Shown here: in pieces, positions 10,039 to 18,370 of the stretch
Position numbering within the stretch: position 1 is the stretch's first letter
How the letters are laid out: every line of letters begins with the position of its first letter
Origin: Bythopirellula sp.
GTDB taxonomy: Bacteria; Planctomycetota; Planctomycetia; Pirellulales; Lacipirellulaceae
Reading direction: 5' to 3'
Length of the DNA stretch: 64,000 bases
NCBI GenBank assembly: GCA_965216565.1
Contig: OZ244170.1
Location: 2,624,001 to 2,688,000 of the forward strand
Made by a program: the position numbers and the translations under genes
The notes under the pieces: generated by a model
The model's input: only the letters and a program-made list of their open reading frames with translations
The model's database searches: none
Told to the model about the DNA's origin: nothing

Positions 10039-11250
10039 ATGCAAAACGTTGTTATAGAAGAGCCCTACGAATTTGTGCCGCCCGTCTACAGCAATCTGTG
10101 GCCCAGGTTCATCCAAAAGTTTGTTGGCCCACACATCCTCCGCACTTACGGAGTCCACTCCACGGAGAGCCGCAATGTGGAGCATCTCCAGAAGTCGTTA
10201 GATGAGGGGCACGGCGTGCTGGTCGCTCCGAATCATTGCCGGCTTTGCGATCCGCTCACTCTCAGTTGTGTCACCACGAAAATCAACCGCAACATGCATG
10301 CGATGGCCTCATGGCATCTGTTCAAGAGCGATTGGCTGACGCGTTTTGCACTACGACGAATGGGAGCCTTTAGCGTCTATCGCGAAGGAACCGACCGCCA
10401 AGCAATTAACACGGGCGTGGATATATTAGTAGATGGCCAGCGGCCCCTGGTGGTTTTTGCTGAAGGCGCTGTGTCGCGCCACAACGATGTCTTAATGCCA
10501 CTGATGGATGGCACGGCATTCATTGCCCGCACGGCGGCCAAGCGTCGCAAAAAGCTGGGTATCCCTGGAGGCATTGTTGTCCATCCTGTGGCAATTCGTT
10601 ATTTCTTCCACGGTGATCTCGAAGCGTCTATCCTTCCAGTGATGGAAGAAATCGAATCTCACTTTGCTTGGTATCCGCAGCAGGAGAAGTCGATCGTCGA
10701 GCGTCTTAACCGAATAGGCCAGGCACTGCTCTCACTCAAAGAAATTGAGTATCTAGGTGGGGCACATAGTGGCGATTTCTACGAGCGCGTCGACAACCTG
10801 ATCGAAGGCGTACTCTCCGACTTGGAAGAGGAGTGGGAAGTCAAGAATAGCGGCGAAGGGATCGTGTCGCGGGTGAAAAACTTACGAACGGCTATTGTGC
10901 CCGACATGGTGAAAAACAATGTGTCGGAGCAAGATCGCCAGCGCCGCTGGAGGCACTTGGCCAAATGCTACTATGTGCAGCAAATGTCTCACTACCCACA
11001 CAAGTACGTCCGTCAAAGCCAACCCAACGTGATCGAGCACATCCTAGAAACAGTGGAACGGTTCGAGGAAGACTTCACCGACAAAGTCAGCAAGCATCCG
11101 CCTCTCCATGTCGTGGTACAGGTGGGAGAAGCCATTCCTGTCGAGCCTCAGCGTGATCGAAAAGCAACATCCGATCCTGTGATGGATGGCATCCACAACC
11201 AGCTCACGGCCATGCTGACTGAGTTGTCCAAGGAAGCTCGAATGGTTTGA
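10039..11250 (+). CDS. Lysophospholipid/glycerol-3-phosphate acyltransferase family protein
   Basis: NHCRLCD (HxxxxD) and VFAEG motifs. Confidence 0.85.
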   Translation: MQNVVIEEPYEFVPPVYSNLWPRFIQKFVGPHILRTYGVHSTESRNVEHLQKSLDEGHGVLVAPNHCRLCDPLTLSCVTTKINRNMHAMASWHLFKSDWLTRFALRRMGAFSVYREGTDRQAINTGVDILVDGQRPLVVFAEGAVSRHNDVLMPLMDGTAFIARTAAKRRKKLGIPGGIVVHPVAIRYFFHGDLEASILPVMEEIESHFAWYPQQEKSIVERLNRIGQALLSLKEIEYLGGAHSGDFYERVDNLIEGVLSDLEEEWEVKNSGEGIVSRVKNLRTAIVPDMVKNNVSEQDRQRRWRHLAKCYYVQQMSHYPHKYVRQSQPNVIEHILETVERFEEDFTDKVSKHPPLHVVVQVGEAIPVEPQRDRKATSDPVMDGIHNQLTAMLTELSKEARMV

Positions 11251-11259
11251 ACCAACAGC

Positions 11260-11667
11260 TCAGCCATTTGAGACATGAGCCATGCGGGAGTCGCGAATAG
11301 TTTTCACCACGTCGCGTCGCGACAGAATTCCCACTAGTTCGTCCCCATCGACAACCAGGAGTCGACGCAGGGTGGCTGCGTGAAAAATCTTCGCGGCCAC
11401 TTCGAGGGACGCGTTCTGATCGATCGTTCGCACGTCGCTAACCATCAGATCGCGGCAGCTTTGGAAACGTGCCGAATCACCTGCATTCGACTCAAACAAA
11501 CAGAGCACGTCATGCTCAGTGATCAGCCCCGCCAATTTACCCTCTTCGTCCACCACGGGCACACCGCTAATATCTCGCTCCACCATCAAATCGATGGCAA
11601 CGTCGATTGCCGCCGTATCGGGAACGGAAAGTGGACTCTGGGTCATAACATCTTTGATAAGGCTCAT
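11260..11667 (-). CDS. CBS-domain pair protein
   Basis: ISGVPVVD..GLITEHD and RRLLVVD..VGILSRRD tandem CBS motifs. Confidence 0.9.
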   Translation of the reverse strand: MSLIKDVMTQSPLSVPDTAAIDVAIDLMVERDISGVPVVDEEGKLAGLITEHDVLCLFESNAGDSARFQSCRDLMVSDVRTIDQNASLEVAAKIFHAATLRRLLVVDGDELVGILSRRDVVKTIRDSRMAHVSNG

Positions 11668-12113
11668 CGACAGGCACTCCAAACTTGGTTGATTCCCACC
11701 ACGACTTAGGGTTTCCCCCTAAAGCTTACGTTAGAATTTACGTTGACGATTATGACGAATACGCCGGCATGGGCGGTAACGGTGCGTTCGATCCCAAGGG
11801 GTGAGAGACTGCCATTCCCTAATCGAAGCTCCTGAGCAAAATTCCTGCGCTCAGTGAACTCGAAATGAAGACTGGCTCGCGATTGCAGGGCCTTGCGTTG
11901 AACTCGGTTCCGCGCAGCCACAATCGCTTGACTGACCCAAATACCTGGGGAGCTTCAAGTGGTGCATCCGAATAAAGGGACGTGCGTGGCGACACTGCGC
12001 AGGCAGGGGTTCAAAGCTGTAGTCGCGCGTCGAGCCAATCCCTGTTTTCTCGACTCTCGGCATAAAACGCTTCAGTACTAAACGCCTAAGAGAAAATCCT
12101 TTACAATTGTTGC

Positions 12114-13193
12114 ATGGCAACTTCACAGGCATCCACGTCCCAAACATCTCTCTTCTCTGGCGGCGATTCTGCGACCGATCAGCAGAATGTGCCACTCTCA
12201 GAACTGACGAATGGCCAGGAATCGAGCTTCTTTGCCTTGCTGTCGGCAAAGGAAGAGCTTACGACCCGCGATGGCAAACCGTATTTCCGAGTGACATTTC
12301 GCGATGCGAAACGCGAGGTTAGTTTCCCCATTTGGAGCGATACCTCCTGGAGTACCGTCTGCCGCGAACAATGGACTGTGGGAGAGTTTTACAAGCTCCG
12401 GGCCATGTTTCGCGAAACCAACTATGGCCCGCAGTTGGAAATACGCAAGATACGCCTCGTTTCTGATGACGACCGAGCCGCAGGCTTCGATCCTGCGATG
12501 TGCCTGCCGCAATCGAGATTCGATCCGGAGGAGTTGTTCGACGAACTCGTCGAACTCATCAAGAATGCGATCAGCGACGAGCCGCTGGCCGAGTTCGTGC
12601 TCTCGATTCTACAAACATATCGCGAAACGCTATTGGTACTCCCTGCTGCGAAATTCAATCATCATGCTCACGTTGGCGGGTTCTTGGAACATGTTCTTTC
12701 AGTCTCGCGGACTTGCGAATATCTGGCCAATAAGTATCAGGACATGTACCCCGAGATGCAGCCGCCACTAAACAAGAGCCTCGTTGTGGCGGGCGGCGTG
12801 CTACACGACATTGGCAAGATTCGAGAATTAGAAGTCACTCCGTCCGGGGCAGAATACACGCCGGCGGGTTCTTTGATCGGTCATATTCTCCAAGGCCGCG
12901 ATATGTTGCGGGAAGCAGCCATAGACCATCCGCTTGAAGAGGAAACGCTGCTGCGACTAGAGCACATGATCGTCGCTCACCAGCGATTGCCGGAGTGGGG
13001 TTCGCCCAAACCGCCAATGACGCCCGAAGCCTTACTCGTTCACTATGCGGACGATTGCGATGCCAAGCTAGCGATGATGGCCGCGGCGTTAGAAGAAGAT
13101 GCGACCGATGGCCCACTCACAAGTGGCCGCAATCCGTTGCGTACACGGATCTATCGAGGGGAGAGAGCTGAGAATCTGGAGTCTGGAGACTAG
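12114..13193 (+). CDS. yhaM: YhaM-like 3'-5' exoribonuclease (OB fold + HD domain)
   Basis: N-terminal TRDGKPYF OB fold; HHAH, LHDIGK, EALLVHYAD motifs. Confidence 0.85.
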   Translation: MATSQASTSQTSLFSGGDSATDQQNVPLSELTNGQESSFFALLSAKEELTTRDGKPYFRVTFRDAKREVSFPIWSDTSWSTVCREQWTVGEFYKLRAMFRETNYGPQLEIRKIRLVSDDDRAAGFDPAMCLPQSRFDPEELFDELVELIKNAISDEPLAEFVLSILQTYRETLLVLPAAKFNHHAHVGGFLEHVLSVSRTCEYLANKYQDMYPEMQPPLNKSLVVAGGVLHDIGKIRELEVTPSGAEYTPAGSLIGHILQGRDMLREAAIDHPLEEETLLRLEHMIVAHQRLPEWGSPKPPMTPEALLVHYADDCDAKLAMMAAALEEDATDGPLTSGRNPLRTRIYRGERAENLESGD

Positions 13194-13226
13194 GGCGAAA
13201 GGGCCTCAAGTCTCTCAACTGAAAAG

Positions 13227-13300
13227 TGGGTGTGCCAGGATTCGAACCTGGGACCTCAGCCTTATCAGGGCTGCGCTCTAACCAACTGAGCTACACACCC
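13227..13300 (-). tRNA. tRNA-Ile (GAT), CCA not encoded
   Basis: Reverse complement GGGTGTGTAGCTCAGTTGGTTAGAGCGCAGCCCTGATAAGGCTGAGGTCCCAGGTTCGAATCCTGGCACACCCA forms a cloverleaf with anticodon arm CAGCC-CTGATAA-GGCTG and a GTTCGAA T-loop. Confidence 0.97.
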
Positions 13301-13641
13301 GCATGCGGGGTTACGACTGTCTGGGACGCCTTCTAGTCCGCTATCTAGTCCGACCAGTGGCCTACCACCGATCGGCAGACAAATCTCCGAATCGCTTATT
13401 TTAAGAATCACCCCCGAGGTTGGGAACCCTCGTCACACAGTTGCCACACGATTTTTAAGGGTTCCGTCCCAGCCCGAGCTGAAACGTCTTGGCAGGGCTA
13501 TCACAAGCCCCGCATCGGTCTGGCCGTGACTCCGCATTTCCGGCTATAAATAAGCTTTCGAACGCATCTTCTGTATCGAAACCTAACACCCGGTAAGGCC
13601 CACTCTTGTCCGGCACACCACGACTCAAGGGATTTTTTCGG

Positions 13642-15576
13642 ATGTCAATCAATCAACTTCTCTCGGCCTCGCTCCTGGGCATCACTTTGTTTGTCGCTCA
13701 AACGGCCCAGGGAGCTCCCAGTATCAAAGACGCCCTCTCCCCTACCCCGGTTCAGGACGGAATCGAATACGATACACCTGCCGAGAGTACTTTCGACCAA
13801 TGCACGATCAAGGCTGAGAAAATCAATGGTACGACCGCCTGGATAGTTCGCGGCCCCGAAGGCAATACGCTCCGCCAGTTTGCCGACGTGAATGGGGATA
13901 ATGTCGTCGATACATGGAGCTATTTTCTAGATGGCCTGGAAGTTTACCGAGATATCGATGGTGATAATAACGGCAAGGCCGATCAGCATCGCTGGTTCCA
14001 TGGTGCCGGTACCCGTTGGGGAATCAATAGCGACGAAGACAAACAAGGCACGATTGATCGCTGGAAGATGATCTCCGCCGAAGAGGCGGCAGAAGAGCTA
14101 GTCGCCGCCATTCGCACAAGCGATTCACGTCGATTCGAGGCTTTGCTGCTCTCTGATCAGGAAATTTCGGAACTCGGGCTCAGCGATGCAGAATCGAACC
14201 GACTCGCGCAACGGATCGCTCAGGCAAAGCAGGCTTTTGAAAAACTGATTGCCGACGAACATTTCCAAGGCAACAGCCAGTTTACTGACTTCGGAGGCCT
14301 AAAGCCCGGAATAGTTCCTGCTGGCACGCGGGGTTCTACCAAAGATTTACATGCGTATGAAAGTGTTTGGGCGATGGTCCTAAACGGCGGCGACCATCAG
14401 CAATTGCAACTGGGTACGATGATTAACCATCAAGGGGCCTGGAAGCTGACAGACTGCCCCGTCCTGGGAACTGCCCAAGAAGTGGCCAGCGGCTTCTTCT
14501 GGAACTCCGGTGGAGGTGCGGGTGTGGCAAGTGCTTTGCCGACAGGCTCTGAGCCGACCGAAAAAATGCAAGAAATCCTAGCCAAGCTGGAGGAAATTGA
14601 CAAAAAGATTGTTTCAGCCGGGAAGAATGAGAGAAACGAGCTGAACACATCGCGAGCTAAGCTCCTGGCAGAGCTAGCCAATGTGGCCCCCAATCAGAAC
14701 GAACGCGAGCAGTGGCTTAAGCAACTGGCCGACATGGTGAGTGCTGCGGCACAGGACGGTTCGTATCCCGAGGGGATCGCCTACCTGAAGAAATGGGAAC
14801 AAAAGCTCGACGCAGACGGCGAGAAAAACCTTCTTGGATATTTCCAGTTTCAGAGAATGCTGGCGGAATACTACGGCGTCACACTGGCCCAGGAGAATGT
14901 CGATGCAGCCAAGGCCCACGGCAACTGGTTGAAATCGTTGGAGGCGTTTCTCGACGAGCATCCTGAGAGCGAACATGGAGCAGAGGCTCTGCGGCAATTG
15001 GCCATGGCTAGCGAAATATCGGGCGAAAACGACGAAGCAGTGAGATGGTATCGACGTCTGCTCAAGGATTTTTCTAATAGCGTCCATGTCGATATGGCAC
15101 GCGGAGCAATCACCCGGCTGACCAGCGAAGGGCGAGAGATTCGTCTGGTAGGCAAAGCCTTGGACGGCAGTCCGATCGATCTTTCCAAATCGCGTGGCAA
15201 AGCCGTGGTTCTTCAATACTGGACTACATCGTGCGACGTCTGCACTTCCGACCATGCCATTTTAGGCGAGTTGTTCAAGAAATACGGCAATGGTCGTGGA
15301 CTGGAAGTGATCGGGGTTAATCTCGATTACACGCGTGACAAACTCGTCGAGTATCTTCGAGAAAAACGCCTTCCCTGGAAGCAAATGTGGGAGCAAGGTG
15401 GATTCGATAGCGGGCTCGCACGAGACATGGGTGTGGTCACGGTGCCGCTGATGATCCTTGTGGGACCCGACGGCAAGGTAGTGAGCAGCAATATCCGTGC
15501 TGAGGAAATTGAGGGCGAGATGAAGAAGATGATTCAAAGTCGTGCTCAAACACCCAAGAAGCAGCTTACTCGCTAG
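13642..15576 (+). CDS. Exported protein with helical/TPR middle region and C-terminal TlpA/redoxin domain
   Basis: Signal peptide; DVNGDN and DIDGDN Ca-binding-like loops; YWTTSCDVC CxxC; VTVPLMILVGPDGKV. Confidence 0.82.
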   Translation: MSINQLLSASLLGITLFVAQTAQGAPSIKDALSPTPVQDGIEYDTPAESTFDQCTIKAEKINGTTAWIVRGPEGNTLRQFADVNGDNVVDTWSYFLDGLEVYRDIDGDNNGKADQHRWFHGAGTRWGINSDEDKQGTIDRWKMISAEEAAEELVAAIRTSDSRRFEALLLSDQEISELGLSDAESNRLAQRIAQAKQAFEKLIADEHFQGNSQFTDFGGLKPGIVPAGTRGSTKDLHAYESVWAMVLNGGDHQQLQLGTMINHQGAWKLTDCPVLGTAQEVASGFFWNSGGGAGVASALPTGSEPTEKMQEILAKLEEIDKKIVSAGKNERNELNTSRAKLLAELANVAPNQNEREQWLKQLADMVSAAAQDGSYPEGIAYLKKWEQKLDADGEKNLLGYFQFQRMLAEYYGVTLAQENVDAAKAHGNWLKSLEAFLDEHPESEHGAEALRQLAMASEISGENDEAVRWYRRLLKDFSNSVHVDMARGAITRLTSEGREIRLVGKALDGSPIDLSKSRGKAVVLQYWTTSCDVCTSDHAILGELFKKYGNGRGLEVIGVNLDYTRDKLVEYLREKRLPWKQMWEQGGFDSGLARDMGVVTVPLMILVGPDGKVVSSNIRAEEIEGEMKKMIQSRAQTPKKQLTR

Positions 15577-15600
15577 CAAAGCTAAGGATCTACGTACTAA

Positions 15601-15651
15601 TAGCCGGACTGCCACGCAGTCCAAGGCCGGAGGCAAGTGTGCCTCCGGCTA
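15601..15651. repeat. REP-doublet-like palindromic element, copy 1
   Basis: TAGCCGG...CCGGCTA ends enclose two hairpins (GGACTGC/GCAGTCC and GCCGGAGGCA/TGCCTCCGGC). An inverted copy lies at 17345-17399. Confidence 0.75.
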
Positions 15652-15968
15652 AATCTCGAACTCCAGCTGCGCGACCGGCTCATTGTGAGACGCGGCCTTG
15701 TACAAACTACAATTGGTCGGAGAGTTCTTCACTACTTTCGCTAAAGTCTGCGCGGCTTTCCTGATCGTTAAACTCTGTGAAACACTTTGTTAATGCGTCT
15801 TTCCGCAACCCACAAAACAATTGGCACACGAATCGCGTAAAGAATGCATCACGGCAAGCGAAAGGTTTCACTTGCCTCGCGGCGTGCAGGACGCACGCTC
15901 GCTAGCATTCGCACTCTTTGTTTCTTCTCGCCATGGATACGGTAAGGGATTACCGGTGCACTCTACAT

Positions 15969-16256
15969 ATGACTTCTTTCGCAGGTTTCTATGCTCTTTG
16001 GATTAGTGTTCACTTCTTAGGTTTGGCAACCGCTTGGCTGGTCCGCATGTCTGCGGGACATCGATTAGAAGGTTTCATGGCACTAGTATTTCTGGCCTCG
16101 CTGCCGATGATCGCGCTGGCAACCCTGGTGGGACAGCATTTCTGCTTAACTGCCTGGCCGTTGTCGGCTTGCACGTTGGCCGTGATGATCGTGATGGCTA
16201 CGCTCGACGTTGGAACCGACGATTCGATGCTAGCGGCGAACGATCCAATCAACTAA
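15969..16256 (+). CDS. Small hypothetical membrane protein (about 3 TM)
   Basis: Hydrophobic ORF filling the intergenic gap. Confidence 0.6.
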   Translation: MTSFAGFYALWISVHFLGLATAWLVRMSAGHRLEGFMALVFLASLPMIALATLVGQHFCLTAWPLSACTLAVMIVMATLDVGTDDSMLAANDPIN

Positions 16257-16480
16257 GTGCTAGCGAAACTCTGGTATTTGGCTGTCAAACCAAACGCGAA
16301 TTCCCCAGCTTCGCGCGATGGTCTCCGATTCATCAGTAAAATCGGAAAAAAACTCCCTTCCGGCATCCTCCTCTGCCGAAACTCTTTACCAGATCAAACA
16401 ACTTTTCTGTCTGCAATTCTTTGCGCCACCTGAAAGTGCTCGGTGGACGCGCAGGAGAAACACTTAGGAGGGGGAATACA

Positions 16481-17221
16481 ATGCGGAGTTTATTCTTAGG
16501 TCTGATTATGGCTGTGGCTGTATCAGTCCCCGCAACGCAAACGAGTTTTGCTGGCACCAGCGACGAAGCTGTGGCCAAGACGATCGCCAACGAACTAAAA
16601 GAGAGCGGCCGGCTAAAAGACTACCGTGTCGGCGTGAAATACAAGGACGGAGTCGCTTGGATTTCTGGTACGGTAACGAGTCGGCAACAAAAGCAGATTG
16701 CCGAAATGCTCGTCAACAATAGCGCTGGCGTAGAACACGTCGTCAGCAAGCTGGAAGTTGAGGGCGGCAGTGCTATCAACCAGGTTTCTGCATCGCAGAG
16801 CCGACGCCGACCTACACAAAACAACATGCCAGTACCTTACGCTCGCGCCGGACAGGGCGTGCGTCCAGCTGGCTACACTCAGCAAGCCAACTTTTGCCCT
16901 GGTGGGAATTGTGGACCAGGTGGCGGCACTATGGGGCCAGGACCCATGGGACCTGGTGGCGGAGGATACGCTCCTCAAGCCACGGGACAAGCAGTAAGCC
17001 ACGACAACCCACAGATGCCCGGCTATGCCTGGCCAAGCTATGCGGCCTCGCCCAACTACGCGGCGTTGACGTACCCACAACAGTACTCCGCTTCAGCCTG
17101 GCCTTATATCGGCCCGTTCTATCCTTATCCTCAGGTGCCGCTCGGATGGCGCAAGGTGACCTTGGAGTGGGACGACGGCTGGTGGTTCTTGGATTTCAAA
17201 GACTGCAAGCACTGCAAGTAG
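16481..17221 (+). CDS. BON-domain exported protein with Gly/Pro-rich linker and aromatic C-terminal tail
   Basis: AGGAGG RBS; signal peptide; VKYKDGVAWISGTV...GVEHVVSKL BON motif. Confidence 0.85.
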   Translation: MRSLFLGLIMAVAVSVPATQTSFAGTSDEAVAKTIANELKESGRLKDYRVGVKYKDGVAWISGTVTSRQQKQIAEMLVNNSAGVEHVVSKLEVEGGSAINQVSASQSRRRPTQNNMPVPYARAGQGVRPAGYTQQANFCPGGNCGPGGGTMGPGPMGPGGGGYAPQATGQAVSHDNPQMPGYAWPSYAASPNYAALTYPQQYSASAWPYIGPFYPYPQVPLGWRKVTLEWDDGWWFLDFKDCKHCK

Positions 17222-17249
17222 TTTGATTCCTAAGCCAGATGCAGACAGA

Positions 17250-17281
17250 GCCTCGTCGACCAAGTGGTCGGCGAGGTTTTT
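17250..17281 (+). terminator. Rho-independent terminator
   Basis: CCTCGTCGACC-AAGT-GGTCGGCGAGG followed by TTTTT, just after the BON gene. Confidence 0.7.
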
Positions 17282-17291
17282 CCATGCGCTG

Positions 17292-17323
17292 CTTGCATTG
17301 TCACAGACTTGCATTGTCACAGA
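17292..17323. repeat. Perfect 16-bp tandem duplication
   Basis: CTTGCATTGTCACAGA x2. Confidence 0.85.
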
Positions 17324-17344
17324 GAAGAGTGAGATTTCAATTTC

Positions 17345-17399
17345 TAGCCGGAGGCACACTTGCCTCCAGAGCCATACGGACCGCGCGGCGGGCCAGCTA
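17345..17399. repeat. REP-doublet-like element, copy 2 (inverted relative to 15601-15651)
   Basis: TAGCCGGAGGCACACTTGCCTCC is the exact reverse complement of 15629-15651; the second half is degenerate. Confidence 0.75.
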
Positions 17400-17649
17400 T
17401 CTGACTCGCTATTCCTAGTGAATTGGCTCGCTCTTTCGACATCGCGATTGAACCGACTGCTAGCATGCCTGATTCTTTTTTTCGTTACAGTCGGAAAAGG
17501 CCGCAAGTTTTGCCCAGCTTCTCTCGATAAGTATTACGACGCCACCACAGCAATGCGTCTGGGTGGTGATGAGTCTCGGTAAGTTACACGCTGAGAATGC
17601 TTGGCCACGATTTCGACCGAATCACTTACAAGGACAGAAGGTAGATTCG

Positions 17650-18252
17650 ATGTCTCGACTAAATAAGTTTACGAAGTTCATGCTGCTCGCTGTGATTGCA
17701 ATGGGATCGCTCTCGACCACGGGTTGCTTCTGGGGTTTGCAAACATTGGGTCCCAGCTTGGGGCCTTTCGCAATACCCGTTCCAATTAGCCCCTACTTGC
17801 AAAAACGCAAGGAGGACGCGTATTGGAATCACGAGCGATACGATCGGGTGCCAATTTTGGGTCCCATCACCTCAGGGGCTGAGATCGTAGCTCTCGATCC
17901 GCCGAGCGACGACGAAGTCATGCGAGCTTTGGAAAAGGCCGACCCGGTCCAGGGTGGTGTGCCATTCCTTCACGAACACAATCGCAATAACGTGCGAATC
18001 GTCAAAAAGAAGATTGCCGACTATGTCGATCCGCCACGGGTCATGCCAATGATCGGTCCCGTGCAGCAGCACCACGCTCACTATTGCTGCACAATCTACT
18101 ACGAAGACGTGCGACGCATTGGCTGGCCAGTGCCACACACGTTGCGAGACGAAGATGCACGCGAGGTGATCTATATCGACCATAACCACCTCCACATGGT
18201 GGGGAACGTTGACGGAACTCCTTGTGCAGCCTGCGATGCGGCAGGACCGTAG
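17650..18252 (+). CDS. Hypothetical lipoprotein, His-rich C-terminal half
   Basis: Basic N-terminus, hydrophobic stretch and STTGC lipobox-like site; HHAHYCC and DHNHLH motifs. Confidence 0.75.
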   Translation: MSRLNKFTKFMLLAVIAMGSLSTTGCFWGLQTLGPSLGPFAIPVPISPYLQKRKEDAYWNHERYDRVPILGPITSGAEIVALDPPSDDEVMRALEKADPVQGGVPFLHEHNRNNVRIVKKKIADYVDPPRVMPMIGPVQQHHAHYCCTIYYEDVRRIGWPVPHTLRDEDAREVIYIDHNHLHMVGNVDGTPCAACDAAGP

Positions 18253-18284
18253 TTCACTCGGGAAAGCCACAGGCACCAAAGAAC

Positions 18285-18329
18285 AAGGCATGCCGAATTC
18301 CAAGGAGCGGAATTCGGTGTGCCTTTTTT
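18285..18329 (+). terminator. Rho-independent terminator
   Basis: GGCATGCCGAATTCC / GGAATTCGGTGTGCC stem followed by TTTTTT. Confidence 0.8.
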
Positions 18330-18370
18330 GCTAGTTTCACGACTCGGATAATTAGAGGCGGAATTTGGAC

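Noticed and set aside
11700..12110. 400-bp intergenic region as a possible ncRNA
   Set aside because: No recognisable RNA motif or convincing structure; consistent with divergent promoters.
8878..13300. Tyrosine recombinase near a tRNA as a possible integrative element
   Set aside because: The protein has housekeeping XerD features, the neighbours are core genes, and no duplicated tRNA 3' end was seen.
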